Positions 27,023 through 40,183 of a DNA stretch of 64,000 nt are shown here, piece by piece. The notes below the pieces were generated by a model that had not been told where the DNA came from, did not search any database, and saw only the letters and a list, made by a program, of their open reading frames with translations. The DNA is from Epiperipatus broadwayi. Lineage: Eukaryota; Animalia; Onychophora. The DNA lies in the NCBI GenBank assembly GCA_028023455.1, contig JAQFVV010000004.1:15252001-15316000 (forward strand), in the 5' to 3' direction. Each line of letters opens with the position of its first letter. Position 1 is the stretch's first letter. A program made the position numbers and the translations under genes.

Positions 27023-28856
27023 CTGTACTACTTCGAATATAAGATGCCACCAAATTTAAGATGCAGTAGGATTTTAATTCCGGAAAATTGGGGGGGGGGG
27101 GATTAAAAACGATTTTATTGAAAAATAATAAACATTTTTATTTACTTAGATAGGAAATGATGCAATTACAGTAACTCACCTAATTTATTGTGCATCTTTC
27201 TTGATATACTTTCACTTTCAACATCTTCATTTTCAGAACTTGAGTTCTCATTTCCAGTTCTATTTAGATCATTAGCAATGCAGCATTTTAAAAAAGATTT
27301 TTTGACAAATTTCTTCAATGATATCTTTCCAAGCATGCAACCTCACTGAGATATTGAAGAAGCTGAAACTCATTTTATTTTAACAGTTGGTATCAAAGAT
27401 CTTCTCAACTTAACCATGCTTCAAAATGGTTTCTCATTCTAAACACCCACATTAAGTGATTGGGGTTGACAAGTCATACCTGCTGGTATTATTACCAGAT
27501 CACAGCTTTTTGATTTTATTTTAAGCTATTAAATGCCCCCCCCCCCCCAATGCATCCATTACTAACATGCTTCATTTGTTTAAAAGAGCCCCAGGTCTCT
27601 TCTCCCAAATATTTTGTAACCAATCTTTCAATTCTGTTGTCATCCATCCATCCATTTTTTTTATGCTTGAATTATAATACTCTTAGGAAAAATTTCTTTG
27701 GGTATAGTTTTTCTGTTTAAAATAATAAAAGATGGCAATTTGTTTTCATTGGCAGTTATAGACAGCATTACAGTAATCTGCGATTTTTCATATCCGGTAT
27801 TTTGCTTTTTTCTTGTTTACTATATAATGTCTTAGCATATCAAGAAAGATTGCTGTTTCATCAGCATTTCTGATTTGACTCAAACATTGTTTAGACTCTT
27901 ACTTTAAGTTGATTACTTTGCATTGAAAACTAAAAGCTTATTATCATGATCTGTATGCAACTTTTGAACTATTGTAGTCTTCTTTGTAAAACTAATCCTT
28001 TTTATTTCACAAACATTTCACACCACCCATGACTTGCTTTAAACATTATGCTAGTATTTTTAGCATACTCTCTGGATTTAATTATAATTGTCTTTGTCAA
28101 TGGTGAATCATTACCACATAGCTCATTTATAGAAGATGAAATATCTCTATCCATTGCAGAATACCTACCTTATTTAGGGCCCAAGAATGATTTTCTGCTA
28201 TTTTTAATATTGAAATAACATTTACTTCTCTCCGATGATGAATATTACTTTCATTAACAGTAAATTTTTCTACCAGCAGCATGATTTTCAATTTCTTCTG
28301 CACACGACATAACTTTTCTTTTGAATTCAGCATCATAAGTAAACCATTTTTCATCATTAAAAGGGAATATGGATAATAAAAAAACTCAAAATTAAAATAT
28401 GGCCAAATAGCATAAAAATTTTACACAGAAACACCTATTTACTTCCATAGTGGATATCAACAAATGCAATCTTACTATGTGCATGTGTAAAGCATGAAGC
28501 AAAACATGATCATTGAGAAATATGATATCAAGTGAAATAAAATGGTAAAATATTCACTACCAGAGTGGATATCAACAAGCATAATAATACTACTATGTAT
28601 ATTTGTAAAGCATGAAGCAAAAACACGATCATTCGGAAATATGATATTGGGAAAAATAAAATGTTTAAATACCAGTATTCACTTTTAATTACCATAGTAT
28701 AAATTGAAAGGATGCTAGTCTTTCACATGCACCTACTGTTATTTCTCAGACAGCCATTCAGGTGTTAAACAGCGGTCTGACAAGCGGTCAGGCCTTGACA
28801 CATGACAGAGATTTTGATAAGAAAATGATATCACCCTTCTCTTTACTTAACTTCAT

Positions 28857-28914
<58 letters not shown>

Positions 28915-30017
28915 CCAGTCTTAAGCATCTTGGCTTGAAAGCATGAATATATAAACATATACATTTATTACTCACTGAGTTTTTAATTTACGATATTACA
29001 GCACGAAATCTTAGATTTACTACACCACAATTTTCTATATGTTAATATAAGTTATCAGCAATGTATGTAAATAATATTTGTCTAAATCGCATGTTGTTAT
29101 TGTAATAAATTGAAAGAATGCTAGTCTTTCACATGCGCCTACTGTTATTTTTTAGACAGCCAATCAGGTGTTAAACAGTGGTCTGACAAGTGATCAGGCA
29201 TTGACACATGACAGAGATTTTGATGAGAAAAGGATGATCCTGTCAAGTGTCAAGGCCTGATCGCTTGTCAGACCGCTGTTTAACACCTGATTGGTTGTCT
29301 GAAAAATAACAGTAGGCGCATGTGAAAGACTAGCATTCTTTCAATTTATTATAAATTTAATAACAACATGCGATTTAGACAAATATTATTTACATACGTT
29401 GCTGATAACTTATATTAACATATAGAAAATTGCGGTGTAGTAAATCTAAGATTTCGTGCTGTAATATTGTAAATTAAAAACTCAGTGAGTAATAAATGTA
29501 TATGTTTATATATTCATGCTTTCAAGCCAAGATGCTTAAGACTGGCTTATATATATATATATGAAGTTAAGTAAAGAGAAGGGTGATATCATCATTTTCT
29601 TATCAAAATCTCTGTCATGTGTCAAGGCCTGACCGCTTGTCAGACCGCTGTTTAACACCTGATTGGCTGTCTGAGAAATAACAGTAGGTGCATGTGAAAG
29701 ACTAGCATTCTTTCAATTTATTACAAATTTAATAACATCATGCGATTTAGACAAATATTATTTACCATAGTATAGTAATATAAAAAACTTGAAATTAAAA
29801 TATGACCAGATACCACACAATTCTACACAGCTGTTATCAAGCAGCAACTGGATTAATTCAGAAAAATGCTGACTGCTCTCAATCAGTGTAATACTAGTAA
29901 CATTGGCAGAAATATGTTAAGATGTTAAAAATGTTCATTTCAGATTTAGAATGCACCATTCTTTTATGGGTCTAAAATTTGGAAAAAAAAGTGCATCTTA
30001 TATTCAAAGTAATAAGG
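27023..30017 (-). mobile_element. pogo/Tigger-type DNA transposon, decayed, containing the family C insertion
   Basis: TIRs ctgtactacttcgaatataagatgc (27023-27047) and gcatcttatattcaaagtaataagg (29993-30017), each flanked by TA. Transposase remnants ..NADETAIFF..TGYEKSQITVMLSITANENKLPSFII..GWM. Confidence 0.85.
28702..29761. mobile_element. Family C ~1.06-kb palindrome, each arm ~1.3-1.4 tandem units of a ~370-405 nt non-coding repeat
   Basis: 13-bp TSD ttaccatagtata at 28689-28701 and 29762-29774. Left-arm period is 406 (28701/29107) and right-arm period is 372 (29247/29619). The difference lies mostly in an internal (TA)n tract. Confidence 0.9.
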
Positions 30018-33000
30018 TAATATTTATTTTATAATAATAAAATATTAATATTACTGTACAACCAAGTTATAGTTTTTGTTTTAACTATTGTCTCTCTTTT
30101 GTGAATGTCTCTTTCTTACTATCACACTGCATTCACAACATCAGCTGAATTTCTTTTGAAAATTTGTTGTTCTGAAAATCTGTTGAGATTAACGATTTTA
30201 ATTGCAGACATTGCCTGTTGAATAGTTGTTTGTAATACTTTGTGAATTTGTGATAATTAATTTTTGATAAAAATTACTTGTTTATAATATTTAAAAAAAG
30301 AACCTCACAATCATATCTAAAGCAGGATCAAATAAATGGCCTAGTTTTTACAACTTTCAAAAAGAATGGAAAGTATGATATTGTTTTGTAGAAATAAAGA
30401 AATATGTTGTATGTCTTTTGTGCAATTTCAATATTACAATTAAAAAATATAATACACTTGTGTAAAGAAATAGTCTCAACCTTTTCATTAAGATGTACCT
30501 ATTACAAGATAATGGTTTATTTATGTGATTATAATACAATTTCAAAAATAAACTATTGTTATTATAATAAACTAATTATTATTAAATAAATAAATTATTT
30601 TTATATGTATTATAATATTTATTATATTACATTATAATAGTTCACTTTAATTATGTTTATGTTATTTTATCTTATTGGTTTCTAGCAATCTTATCTGGTT
30701 GGAATCCACTATTGGACTCCTGGTTCAAATCTCATATAATTTTTTTATTATTATCCTTATTATTAAATAGATAAATTTTTAATTTTATTAAAATTAATAA
30801 CAATCAACTAATATAAATTATTGAGAGATAGAAAAATTAACATTATGCAAAATAGAAATAAACCTGTTTTTAATAATTATATTTATGATTGTAACACCGA
30901 AGATATTAATTTTATTACATTGTAGTCTTGGAATTGTTTATTAATTGATATTTTTTATATAAAAAGAAAATTTTGGAAAAACGCTAGAAATATTATGATG
31001 AAAAAAGAAATAGGAGAAAATGTTTTTTATTTTATAAAAATAAAATAGTTGGTAAAGAGAGATCCAATAAAAAAATGTTTAAGAGTAAATAAAACTATAC
31101 TTTAAAAAGAAAAAACACCCAGTAAATGAATTTGATTGGCATTTACTTAAAAAAATAATTGTATCCCTTTATACTCCTATAATGATGTTTTAATATGTGA
31201 ACAAATATGATAACAATAAAATGGTAATATTTGAAAGAAAAATTAGAGATATTTTTATTTAAAAAAGTATAAACACATAAATAAATTCATAAAAGAAATG
31301 ATATGAATAAAATTTAATTAGTTTGTGTTCAAAAATTAAATTTTAGAATTGTGATTTTATAAAAAAAAATTTTTTTTGGAAAATTTAACTTATTAACATT
31401 TTTTTTAATTAGTTTTTTAAATTTAAAAAAATGATTCTACGAGATTCAAAACAGGGGTCCAATATCAGATTCTAACCATTTTTCCCAAAATAAGTGCATA
31501 TTCTTTGTATATCAAATCTAGAAGAAAAAAAATTGCAAAAAAAATGATGTCATGTTATCCTATATTTTGATAATATGATTCTTCTATCTTGTACCCACAA
31601 TGCCTATAAAAAAAATTTACTGCACACATGCTTTCAAAAAGGTTGACCACCTCTGCTGTATTTGATGTAGCTTATTATTAGAGCATATTGTTTTGCATGT
31701 ATCTCATTCATCATCATTTGGATTGAATAGTTGGCAAATAACTTATAAAAAAACTCTAATAATTATATTCTACTACTAATGCATTTAACGAAAGCTATGA
31801 AGCCACTCAGTTGATGGCAGATGAGATCTAACAGAAATATCACTCTTATAAAAAATAATAAGAAAAATAATAATAACCAACAATAAATATAAAGAACTGA
31901 AAAACTGTATCTATATGTAATATATTACACTAAACTAATGGTTAATCTATGAATTAAGAATCTTCAATCTCATGACCCATCTGGCTTTTGACATCAGGTA
32001 TTAAACCATAGCATTGATATGCTTCCCAATCCTTCACAAATTAAACCAAGAACCTCATAAGCTACGTTTATAATAATCTCTGATATCTAAAATTTCGTTG
32101 TCTAAATAAAAAATAAAAACACAGGTATAATTTTTACTTTTTTCTTTCTTTTTATTAAACAAATGTATAATTTTTGAATGGATGAGTTAGTTATTAAACT
32201 TTACCATTTGAATTTATTAAAATCAATTATTAATTTTTATTATATAATAATAATAGATTTTTAAAAAATAAAAAAAAAACACTTTTTTTAAATGTACTTT
32301 ATCTTAGATGTCTTTAAGTTATGTTTGTATATTTTTGTTTTCTAATAAAAGTTATCAACTTAGTAAAGCAGATGTTTTAATGTCTGACATGACATTATAT
32401 AAGATGACTGTCATGTGATCCGTCCATCAAGTTCTCGAAGACGTCGGCTCTCTATATTAGCAGCTGGCTTCATCATCTTACCCACTGAGAAGATTGCAGC
32501 TGTTAATATATTTTAGCTTAAAATTATTTTTACACTTTTTATATTTTGTCATTTCTATTTAAAAGTAAAAAAGTTTGATGCTATAATAACTATTGTAATA
32601 ATTTAAATATTGAACTTTAAGCGTGTTATATATTTTAAAACAATCATTCGCTTAAACGAAATAAGATTATATTATATATTTCCCATAAAGCCAAATTGCT
32701 TTAAACTTTACATTATTTGTAAGCTAAACACAAAAGAATCACCTATATTTTATAGAATTATTATTTGATTTAAATTTTATGTAATAACTGAAACACAGGT
32801 TTAAACACAGGTTTATTATATACCTGTGTCTATGTATGTAATAAACAGGGTATATGAGCACAGACTTTCACACCACTCTCCACTCCATCTCATAACACTG
32901 ATACACTTGAACACATATATGTTGAAAAGATAAATAATCACCAATATACGTATTTCATACTAAACCAGCAATCATCAGTTGGTCCAGATTACCATCTCTA

Positions 33001-34249
33001 CACATATATGCTATAAGTGCTCAGATATATATTAAGATAGCCAATCTTCATACTTTAATGGACAGGCTTCAATCCACTCCTCACTCCAACTCTTCAACCG
33101 TCCATCCAATTGAAAAAATCTGACGATGGAACGCTCAAAGGCCACCCTGAGGCCGAGGTTCTTGTCCCACCCATGTTGACCTAAGGTCAATGTTAACAAC
33201 AACAACAAAAAAAAACAACCCCCATACTTTATAGAATTATTATTTGATTTAAATTAAATAAATATTTTATAATCACATTTGTATATTCAGAAATCTAAAA
33301 ATAGACATTATATAACTTAATGTTGAAGTAGATTTTGGTCCATCGGCAATAATAATTAAATTGATATAGATAGTTAAGATTAAATTCTGTTTCAAATTTC
33401 AAATAGTTGCGTCTATAGAGGGAGTGATGTTTACCACTTTTTACTTCAGGAATTGGTCCCACACAATTTTATTATGATCAAACTGTTTAGTATTATGGGT
33501 GTATAAGATATATTCATAGGATAATTAGGCATAGAAATTTATAGACTTAAAAAAAATGGATAGAATTAATTAATATAGTAAACTTAAAATAATATATAAA
33601 CATAGGTAAAATTAAAATTACATGGCTAGATAGTAAAGGTGAAAGAATAAATTTTCTGATGTTTTGAAGAACTGTTTGCAAGAATTAGAAACTTTTATTA
33701 AAGTAAATATTTAAATTATGGACAATTAAAGTGGATTTATATTTTAAAAAAATATTTTCCTATTTGAGCAGTTTCAAAAGTAGTTAAAACTTGAGCGATT
33801 TGCAAAAATTAAGGAATAATTGATCTTTAAAGAGAATAGATTTAGGAGATATATGAGAAAAAAGCAATATAACATTGATTTAACTACAAAAAATTCCATA
33901 ATCTTACTTACATTAATTCTTTGAAACATGTTTTTGAGAAAATAATTTTAAATTGAATAATTGCATTTTTTTTTTTAAGGATCTACAGTAGTGATGCTGA
34001 ACCTTTTTTTTTGGGGGGGGGGGGCACATACCTTTGTTTTCTACATTATATTGGCACCATACCTTATAATATGATAATGTGAAAAATGAATATAAATGTG
34101 TTAATTTTTTTTAATTAGCATGATTTCTGATAATGAGACAAACATTTGCTTATTTTAGATAAATCAATTTTGTAATTGCTACATGCTACTCTTAATATGT
34201 CTCACGGTGAGAATCAGTAAAGCTATTTCTATGTATGTTCTTTACATAT

Positions 34250-35440
34250 TTGATTTTACAATAAAGTAATTGACATAGGTACATTGGAGTCAACAACATG
34301 AACAACATTTGGCACATTTTTGCAGTAAAGCACATTTTGCTGTTCGACCACAAGATGTACTTTTTTTAAAAAAAAAAAATTATTTAGAATATTCACAACA
34401 ATCTGAAGATTATAGACATTCCGAAAAATTAGTATTACATTATTGATAAATATAGGTACCATTACTTTCATTTGTAAAAGAGTTAGATGAAGTCTAGGCA
34501 TTTGCCTTATTAATTTATTTCTACCACAGATGCATATCATAAAATATAATATCACTAATAGTAAGTCTCATAGGATTTCTTTTTCTGGTATAAAAAAAAT
34601 CCTGCCATTGCTCGAATCAAAAATTTGTGCTCAGGTCTTAATTTTTTTGATGCTTCTAATAGGTATAATCAATTTACCAGATCAAAAGCAGACTTAAAAT
34701 CTATTTGCATAATAATCTGTCATGTTTAATGCTTTATTGTATTTAATTGCTTTTTATATCTTCATGGCAACATTCATTGATCTTTCCTCTTTAAAATACA
34801 ATGTGTCAAAAATAGTTTTCAATTTATCAACTGATGTAATCTTTTTAACAATATTCTACTTAGTATTTTAGAAATAATATCTTCCAATTGAAATATTATT
34901 ATTTCAGAAGCAATTTCTTGGTTGGTGCCTTGTTTAGCCTTTTTTTTTTTCATTCTGAATGATATTCTTTTACGTATGAAAAGCTTATCTATTTTTTTCA
35001 TAACACATTTGATTAAAATATTTTAATATCTCTGGTGTCAAGGCATAATAAATACAGGATGGAATTGTGTATTTGAAAAGCTTATTTGTTTTTTTTCTAT
35101 CATTTTATTTATCTCTTATTGCTTTTATTTTTTAATTATATATTTTATATCTTCATTTCCCATTATGCTGCTTTGATATATCAAATTTTATTTTTAGCAT
35201 CTTTTCAAATATACTCATCTATTTGCTCTCCTGGTATAAGTTTATTTCCACCTTTTAACAATGCCTTTTTGTGTAAGGCATATAAACTTTAGCATAGTTT
35301 TTTTTATCAAGAATTTTTATTATGAGCTAAAGAATTACATTATTGCAATCTAATACCAATGGTCTGGGCATAAAAAAATCAATTGTTCAATCACAAATTG
35401 TCCATTGCTACAAGGGTCCATGTACATTGTAGATGTATGT
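34250..35440 (-). mobile_element. L1/Tx1-like LINE remnant (EN-RT)
   Basis: Minus strand reads YIYNVHGP, KKIDKLFI, KILSRILLKRL and IMQIDFKSAFDLVN*LYLL. Confidence 0.75.
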
Positions 35441-35445
35441 TGGAG

Positions 35446-35953
35446 CTAATTTTTCATCTCTATTTCTGATGGCCTGAAATTTTCCCAGAAGTAATTTCTT
35501 ATGGACAACCAAGGATGGCCATAAATAAGTGTGCCCCTAGTTGACCAATAGGCAAACAACAGAAAAGTTATGATTCTTATGGATGGAAAGATCCTGTTGG
35601 ATATGCTAGAAATTAATCTGGTGAGGAGAGGCACTCTAGGTTCCATATGCAATAAAGTCTCTGTCCCATTGGAGTGATGTACAATGGCTCAGAATATGTA
35701 TTATTGTGTCATCATTCCGTTTACATAAAGGGCAGACTGGGTCCAAGCATGAGAACCCTCTATGATAGACCAGAAAATGGTATGTGGGCAGAGCATTCAG
35801 GTTTAATTTAATCAAAAAATCAAAAAATTTTGGTTCAAGATGCCACTGTTTAAATTTTTTAAGGATTGAATGATTGGGAAGGGTTATTAGGAATTTGCTT
35901 TTTTGTTGTTGTGGTGGTTTTTTGTTTTTTTTTGTTTTTGCTGTAAAAGGCAA
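35446..35953 (-). mobile_element. L1/Tx1-like C-terminal zinc-binding (zf-RVT) fragment
   Basis: ORF 35636-35953 contains NALPT...CPLCKRNDDTIIHILSHC (CCHC motif). It lies upstream of an EN-like region on the same strand, so it is probably a separate copy. Confidence 0.7.
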
Positions 35954-36490
35954 TTTAATTTTTTTCTACTCTTTCTGCAGATTGATTTTGACTAAATAAT
36001 AATGTTGATTTGAACATTTTCTGTATTTCCTGAGTCCTCTATTTTATTTGATTTCTTAAGAATTTTTCTTTAGATTTTTTCTCTGTTGTAAATTATTTAG
36101 CCTTTATTTTATACTATGTTATGTTTTGAAAAAATAAAACAACCTTTACTTTTCCAATTTCTGGACAAAATCCTTCACAACTGTCTTGAATTGGAGTGGA
36201 GAGTGGTGGGTCATGTGAAAGTCTGCATTCATATATCCTATATATTACATATATAGACATAGGTATATAATAAGCCTATGTTTCAGTTACAACTGTCTTT
36301 TGAAAAAAAGGAATGAATTATTTATTAGACTATTCTATTATAGTGAGTGATAAGGATTTAAGATTTTATTTTTATTTTATTGATTGATTGATTGATAAAA
36401 ATAGTTACAAACCAATTTATAAAATTTAGACAGATAGTTGGGTTCCCATAGACCAGTTACATAAAGAAAAACATATCTTCTTGTAACTTG

Positions 36491-36563
36491 AAAAAAAAAA
36501 GTGGTCTACATTTGAACCTCTGACTCTGAATAGGGCATACTAATCACTGTACTATAAGTCCAT
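36491..36563 (-). other. Degenerate tRNA-like / tRNA-SINE head followed by oligo(T)
   Basis: ggacttaTAGTACAGTGATTAGtatgc...agaGGTTCAAATgtagaccac-T10 gives A-box and B-box-like motifs and a Pol III terminator-like run. Confidence 0.4.
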
Positions 36564-39500
36564 ATATATATAGTTGAATGGGTTGAACATATTTATGATT
36601 TATCAAAAATAGAATTGTGTTTATTTAGTTTGTAGAAGGTTTTGGCTTTAATGCAATGATTAATAATATGGTATTAGAAATATATCATATATATATATAT
36701 ATCAGATTATTTCTTCTTTAATAGGATTATAAATCTTTATATTATATATATCAGATTGTATCTTCTTTATATTTGTAGTATATACGTGTTAAACATCTAT
36801 GCTGAGAATGATATGTAGTATTTATTACATGAGCATTAAAATATTCGCTAATAATCTCTTGAATGGCAGAATAATATTCAGTAGAGCCTCTCGTGTGTTT
36901 AAATTTATAACTCTTACATTTATAAATATATATTTACAACTCAATTCCTGTCAATTTTGTACAACTATCATGGAGCAATAACTAAAAATCGCGATCCACA
37001 AACAAACTTTACAGATAAGCTTCATATTTTTTTTAAAAAAATCCTGATTTATTTCCTCTAGTTTTCTTATAATATTAGCTTTATTGCTTTCAAAAATAGA
37101 TTGAATATCAAAGTATTCTATTAAAGAATAACAAATCATTCTATTAAAGGGTAAAAATGCCCTCTAGAGGCGTTTTTGTGAAAGCAGCAAATCCTTGAAA
37201 TGTGATATATAGTACTTATAGAGTTAAGTCTTTTATAGTTTAATAACTGCATTTATATTTTGTATGTATATTTTCGTCTGTTATAAAAGTTATAGATAAT
37301 TGAGATGAATTTTTAATATAATTATTTTCAATATATAGATCAGTACTGAAGTTTATAAATGATTATATGTTTTTCAATTTTTTTAAAAAATGCCTTAAAA
37401 CAATCTTATTTATATATATATTATATAAAATTTTGAAATATTGAATTATGCTTATTGCTTTATTCATTTTTTACTGTAACACACATTTAATCAGAAAAAT
37501 CACTCTAAAGGAACTTGAATATATTGTTGATCAGAATGAAGGTATATTTTGAATTACATTATAATTAGAAGTAGAATGTAATAAAAATTCAAATTACTTA
37601 AATATTGCTTATACATGCTGATTATTCGATATTTCATAGGCATATTATACACAAAATATTGTACACAAAAATTAAAGGGATAGTCATATTAAAGGCACAT
37701 TCATTCAATTGGATATATGAAGGGAATGAAAAGAAACAGATAATTTTGAATATAGTTTTCATAGCAGCGATAGACTTATTTATAGAGATTATTTCAAAAA
37801 TATTCTGCATTGGATAATATATCAGGAAGTGAACAAAGAGCTACTATTAACCAAAGTGTTGAAATCTCTTATGAAGAAAAGTTTGCTGAAAGAGAATTTA
37901 AAGCAGATGTGTTATATGTGGACATATTTGTGATTCATGCATTGATTTATAAAGTTATCCTAACACTCATTATTAACTTTTTGTTTTATTCTGGAGTTAG
38001 AAAGATCAGCTAATGAATGACCAAAGAGTTTTAAAGCCATATAGTTGAAATATTTTCACAATATAATGACATTGAATGAATCACAGTTTGATTCTAAATG
38101 TTGATTTATTTATAGTATGTCTCATTACTTAATAAACTAGCGTATGAGAAATTATTACGTTAAATTTGGAAGATTATAGTCACTGCATAAACAACACAAT
38201 ACACGAAAACAAATAAAAATATGCTATGCAATATATCAATATTTTGCTTTTGCATGATAAAGCATATATAAAATTTATGCAGCAGTAAATCTACTTATAT
38301 CCAGCTTGTTATTCAAAAAAAGTGGACAAATTTTTAAGATGTCAGTATGTTTTTTTGATTTTTTTTTTTTTGTAAATAAGTTACTATGATATAGGGTATG
38401 TTTTGAAGCCATTTTTTCTCATAGAGTTTAGAAGAACAATGGCTGATGCTGCAATTATAGAATGCCTTTTTTTTTGCCAAAGGAATATTTCTGATAGAAA
38501 TTTATCCACTCTACTTCGAACACTTTTAGCAAACAATAAAAGGTTTTTGTAAAAAAAATGTGCAAAGTGAATAAAATGCATTTATATAAGATATTACAGC
38601 AAAATAAAGGAAGTGGTGAATTTGGTAATATTTCTGGATGAATATGTTAAAAATTTAATATATTATGTAGTACACAAAAAAGAATATTGATTTATATTAT
38701 ATCTTATAATTCTAATTTTATAGAAACTAAGGAATATCAACTTAATCCTATTTTTGACCTTGACAATATTTATTATATATAGAAAATCACAATTTATTAT
38801 TAAATAAATTCAAAATTCAAGCTTTTTATTTCAACATATGATTAAGGATTTTGGCATTTATTGTTAATGTTTGGGGTAAAATCTTTTCTATAAAAGAGTT
38901 CCATTTTGGATCTCACTATTCATGTTTCTCTGATGGTAAATCCATACAAACAATGCAATGCATAAGTTGAAATATAATAGTTACATTAAACAGAAGTAAT
39001 CTAACTGTTGTCTTATATGGATTTTTTTATTATTTGTTTGAAGCATTTTATTAACTAAACAGAATATATGTAATTAGAATGGATAAATTTGATCCAATAC
39101 AAAAATCCTTTTAAAATCTAATTTGTGTAATGATTTTGAAGATCAAGAAATTTGCCTCACAAACCAAATTGAAACTAGTGAGACCAAGTTTACTTTTTTT
39201 AAAAAAAAAAAATAAGTTTATCAAAAAATGTTAATTGTGTGTTTTCTGATTACTATATACATATAGAGTGAAACATTTAATAAATGGTAATTTCATTTTT
39301 AAAATCTAATTAAAATTTGCAGTCATAACGTTTCTGAGGCAGTTATCAGTTAAAACTAGCTATGCATACTGAATTAATAGTGCATTGTCTAAGCACTATT
39401 TAACTAAAACATGAATTCACTTTTGATTAGCACTAAAGCTCTTAAATGAGTTTATAGTGAGACAATCAATATATATAGTTATAACAATTAATAGAAGCTC

Positions 39501-39858
39501 GATGTGAGAGATTTTATTGCAAATGAGAATTAAAAGTTTATGATACTTTAAATTCTCATATCTATATATGTTCATGATCTTGTTATAAACTCATTTAAGA
39601 GCTTGAGAACTAACCAAAAGCAAATTCAAATTTTGGTTAAAGAGTAATTTAGATAATGTATTTTTATTTTAGCCTACTCAGCTACTTTCAGTTGGCTGTT
39701 TTCTTGGAAACAACATATCTGCAAATTTTACCTAATGGAATTCCCATTTATTAAATTTTTTATCACATGCTTCTTTGTTAAAAAATATTAAAATTAACAT
39801 TTATAATAGTACCATTGTTTACTGCTAACTGCAGAAATATACAAAGAATTAAAACTAT

Positions 39859-40183
39859 TAAACATCACATGATCACTATCTCTTATACTAGCACATAATT
39901 GTTAATAAACAAAGCAAAACTCTCCATACAGAGATGCCACCCTGTGCCAAACAGAGTAATCAATGGATGCCAGAGGGCTTGTGCATAAAATCCCTTTCTA
40001 GTGCCTACTCATTCAATATCCAAGGCTCCTCACTGATGAAGGCCACAAGCCAGAAACTAGTCTGGAGATATTGGATGAGTAGGCACTAGATAGGGATTTT
40101 ATGCACAAGCCTTCTGGCATCCATTGATTACTCTGATTGGCATAGGGTGGCACTACTGTGTGGAGAGTTTTGCCTTGTTTGTT
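39859..40183. mobile_element. Family A palindromic insertion
   Basis: 12-bp TSD aattaaaactat at 39847-39858 and 40184-40195. The inverted arm joins the forward arm at HHR stem I (~40018). Confidence 0.88.
40018..40076 (+). ncRNA. Type I hammerhead ribozyme (family A), consensus core
   Basis: ATCCAA-ggc-TCCTCA-CTGATGA-A-GGC-cacaa-GCC-A-GAAA-CTAG-TC|TGGAGA-ta-TTGGAT. Predicted cleavage after 40062. One mismatch in stem I. Confidence 0.75.

Noticed and set aside
29270-29340. Twister ribozyme in family C (TAA-CACCT...AGGTG)
   Set aside because: It has a P2-like pairing after TAA but lacks the conserved L4 (U-NNN-AAGC), the pseudoknots and P1.
32785-36290. ~100-bp inverted repeats (32785-32890 and 36188-36290) as TIRs of a 3.5-kb element
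   Set aside because: No TSD or terminal motif was found, related sequence extends beyond the match, and the interior is unrelated LINE debris. These are more likely two copies of a dispersed repeat.
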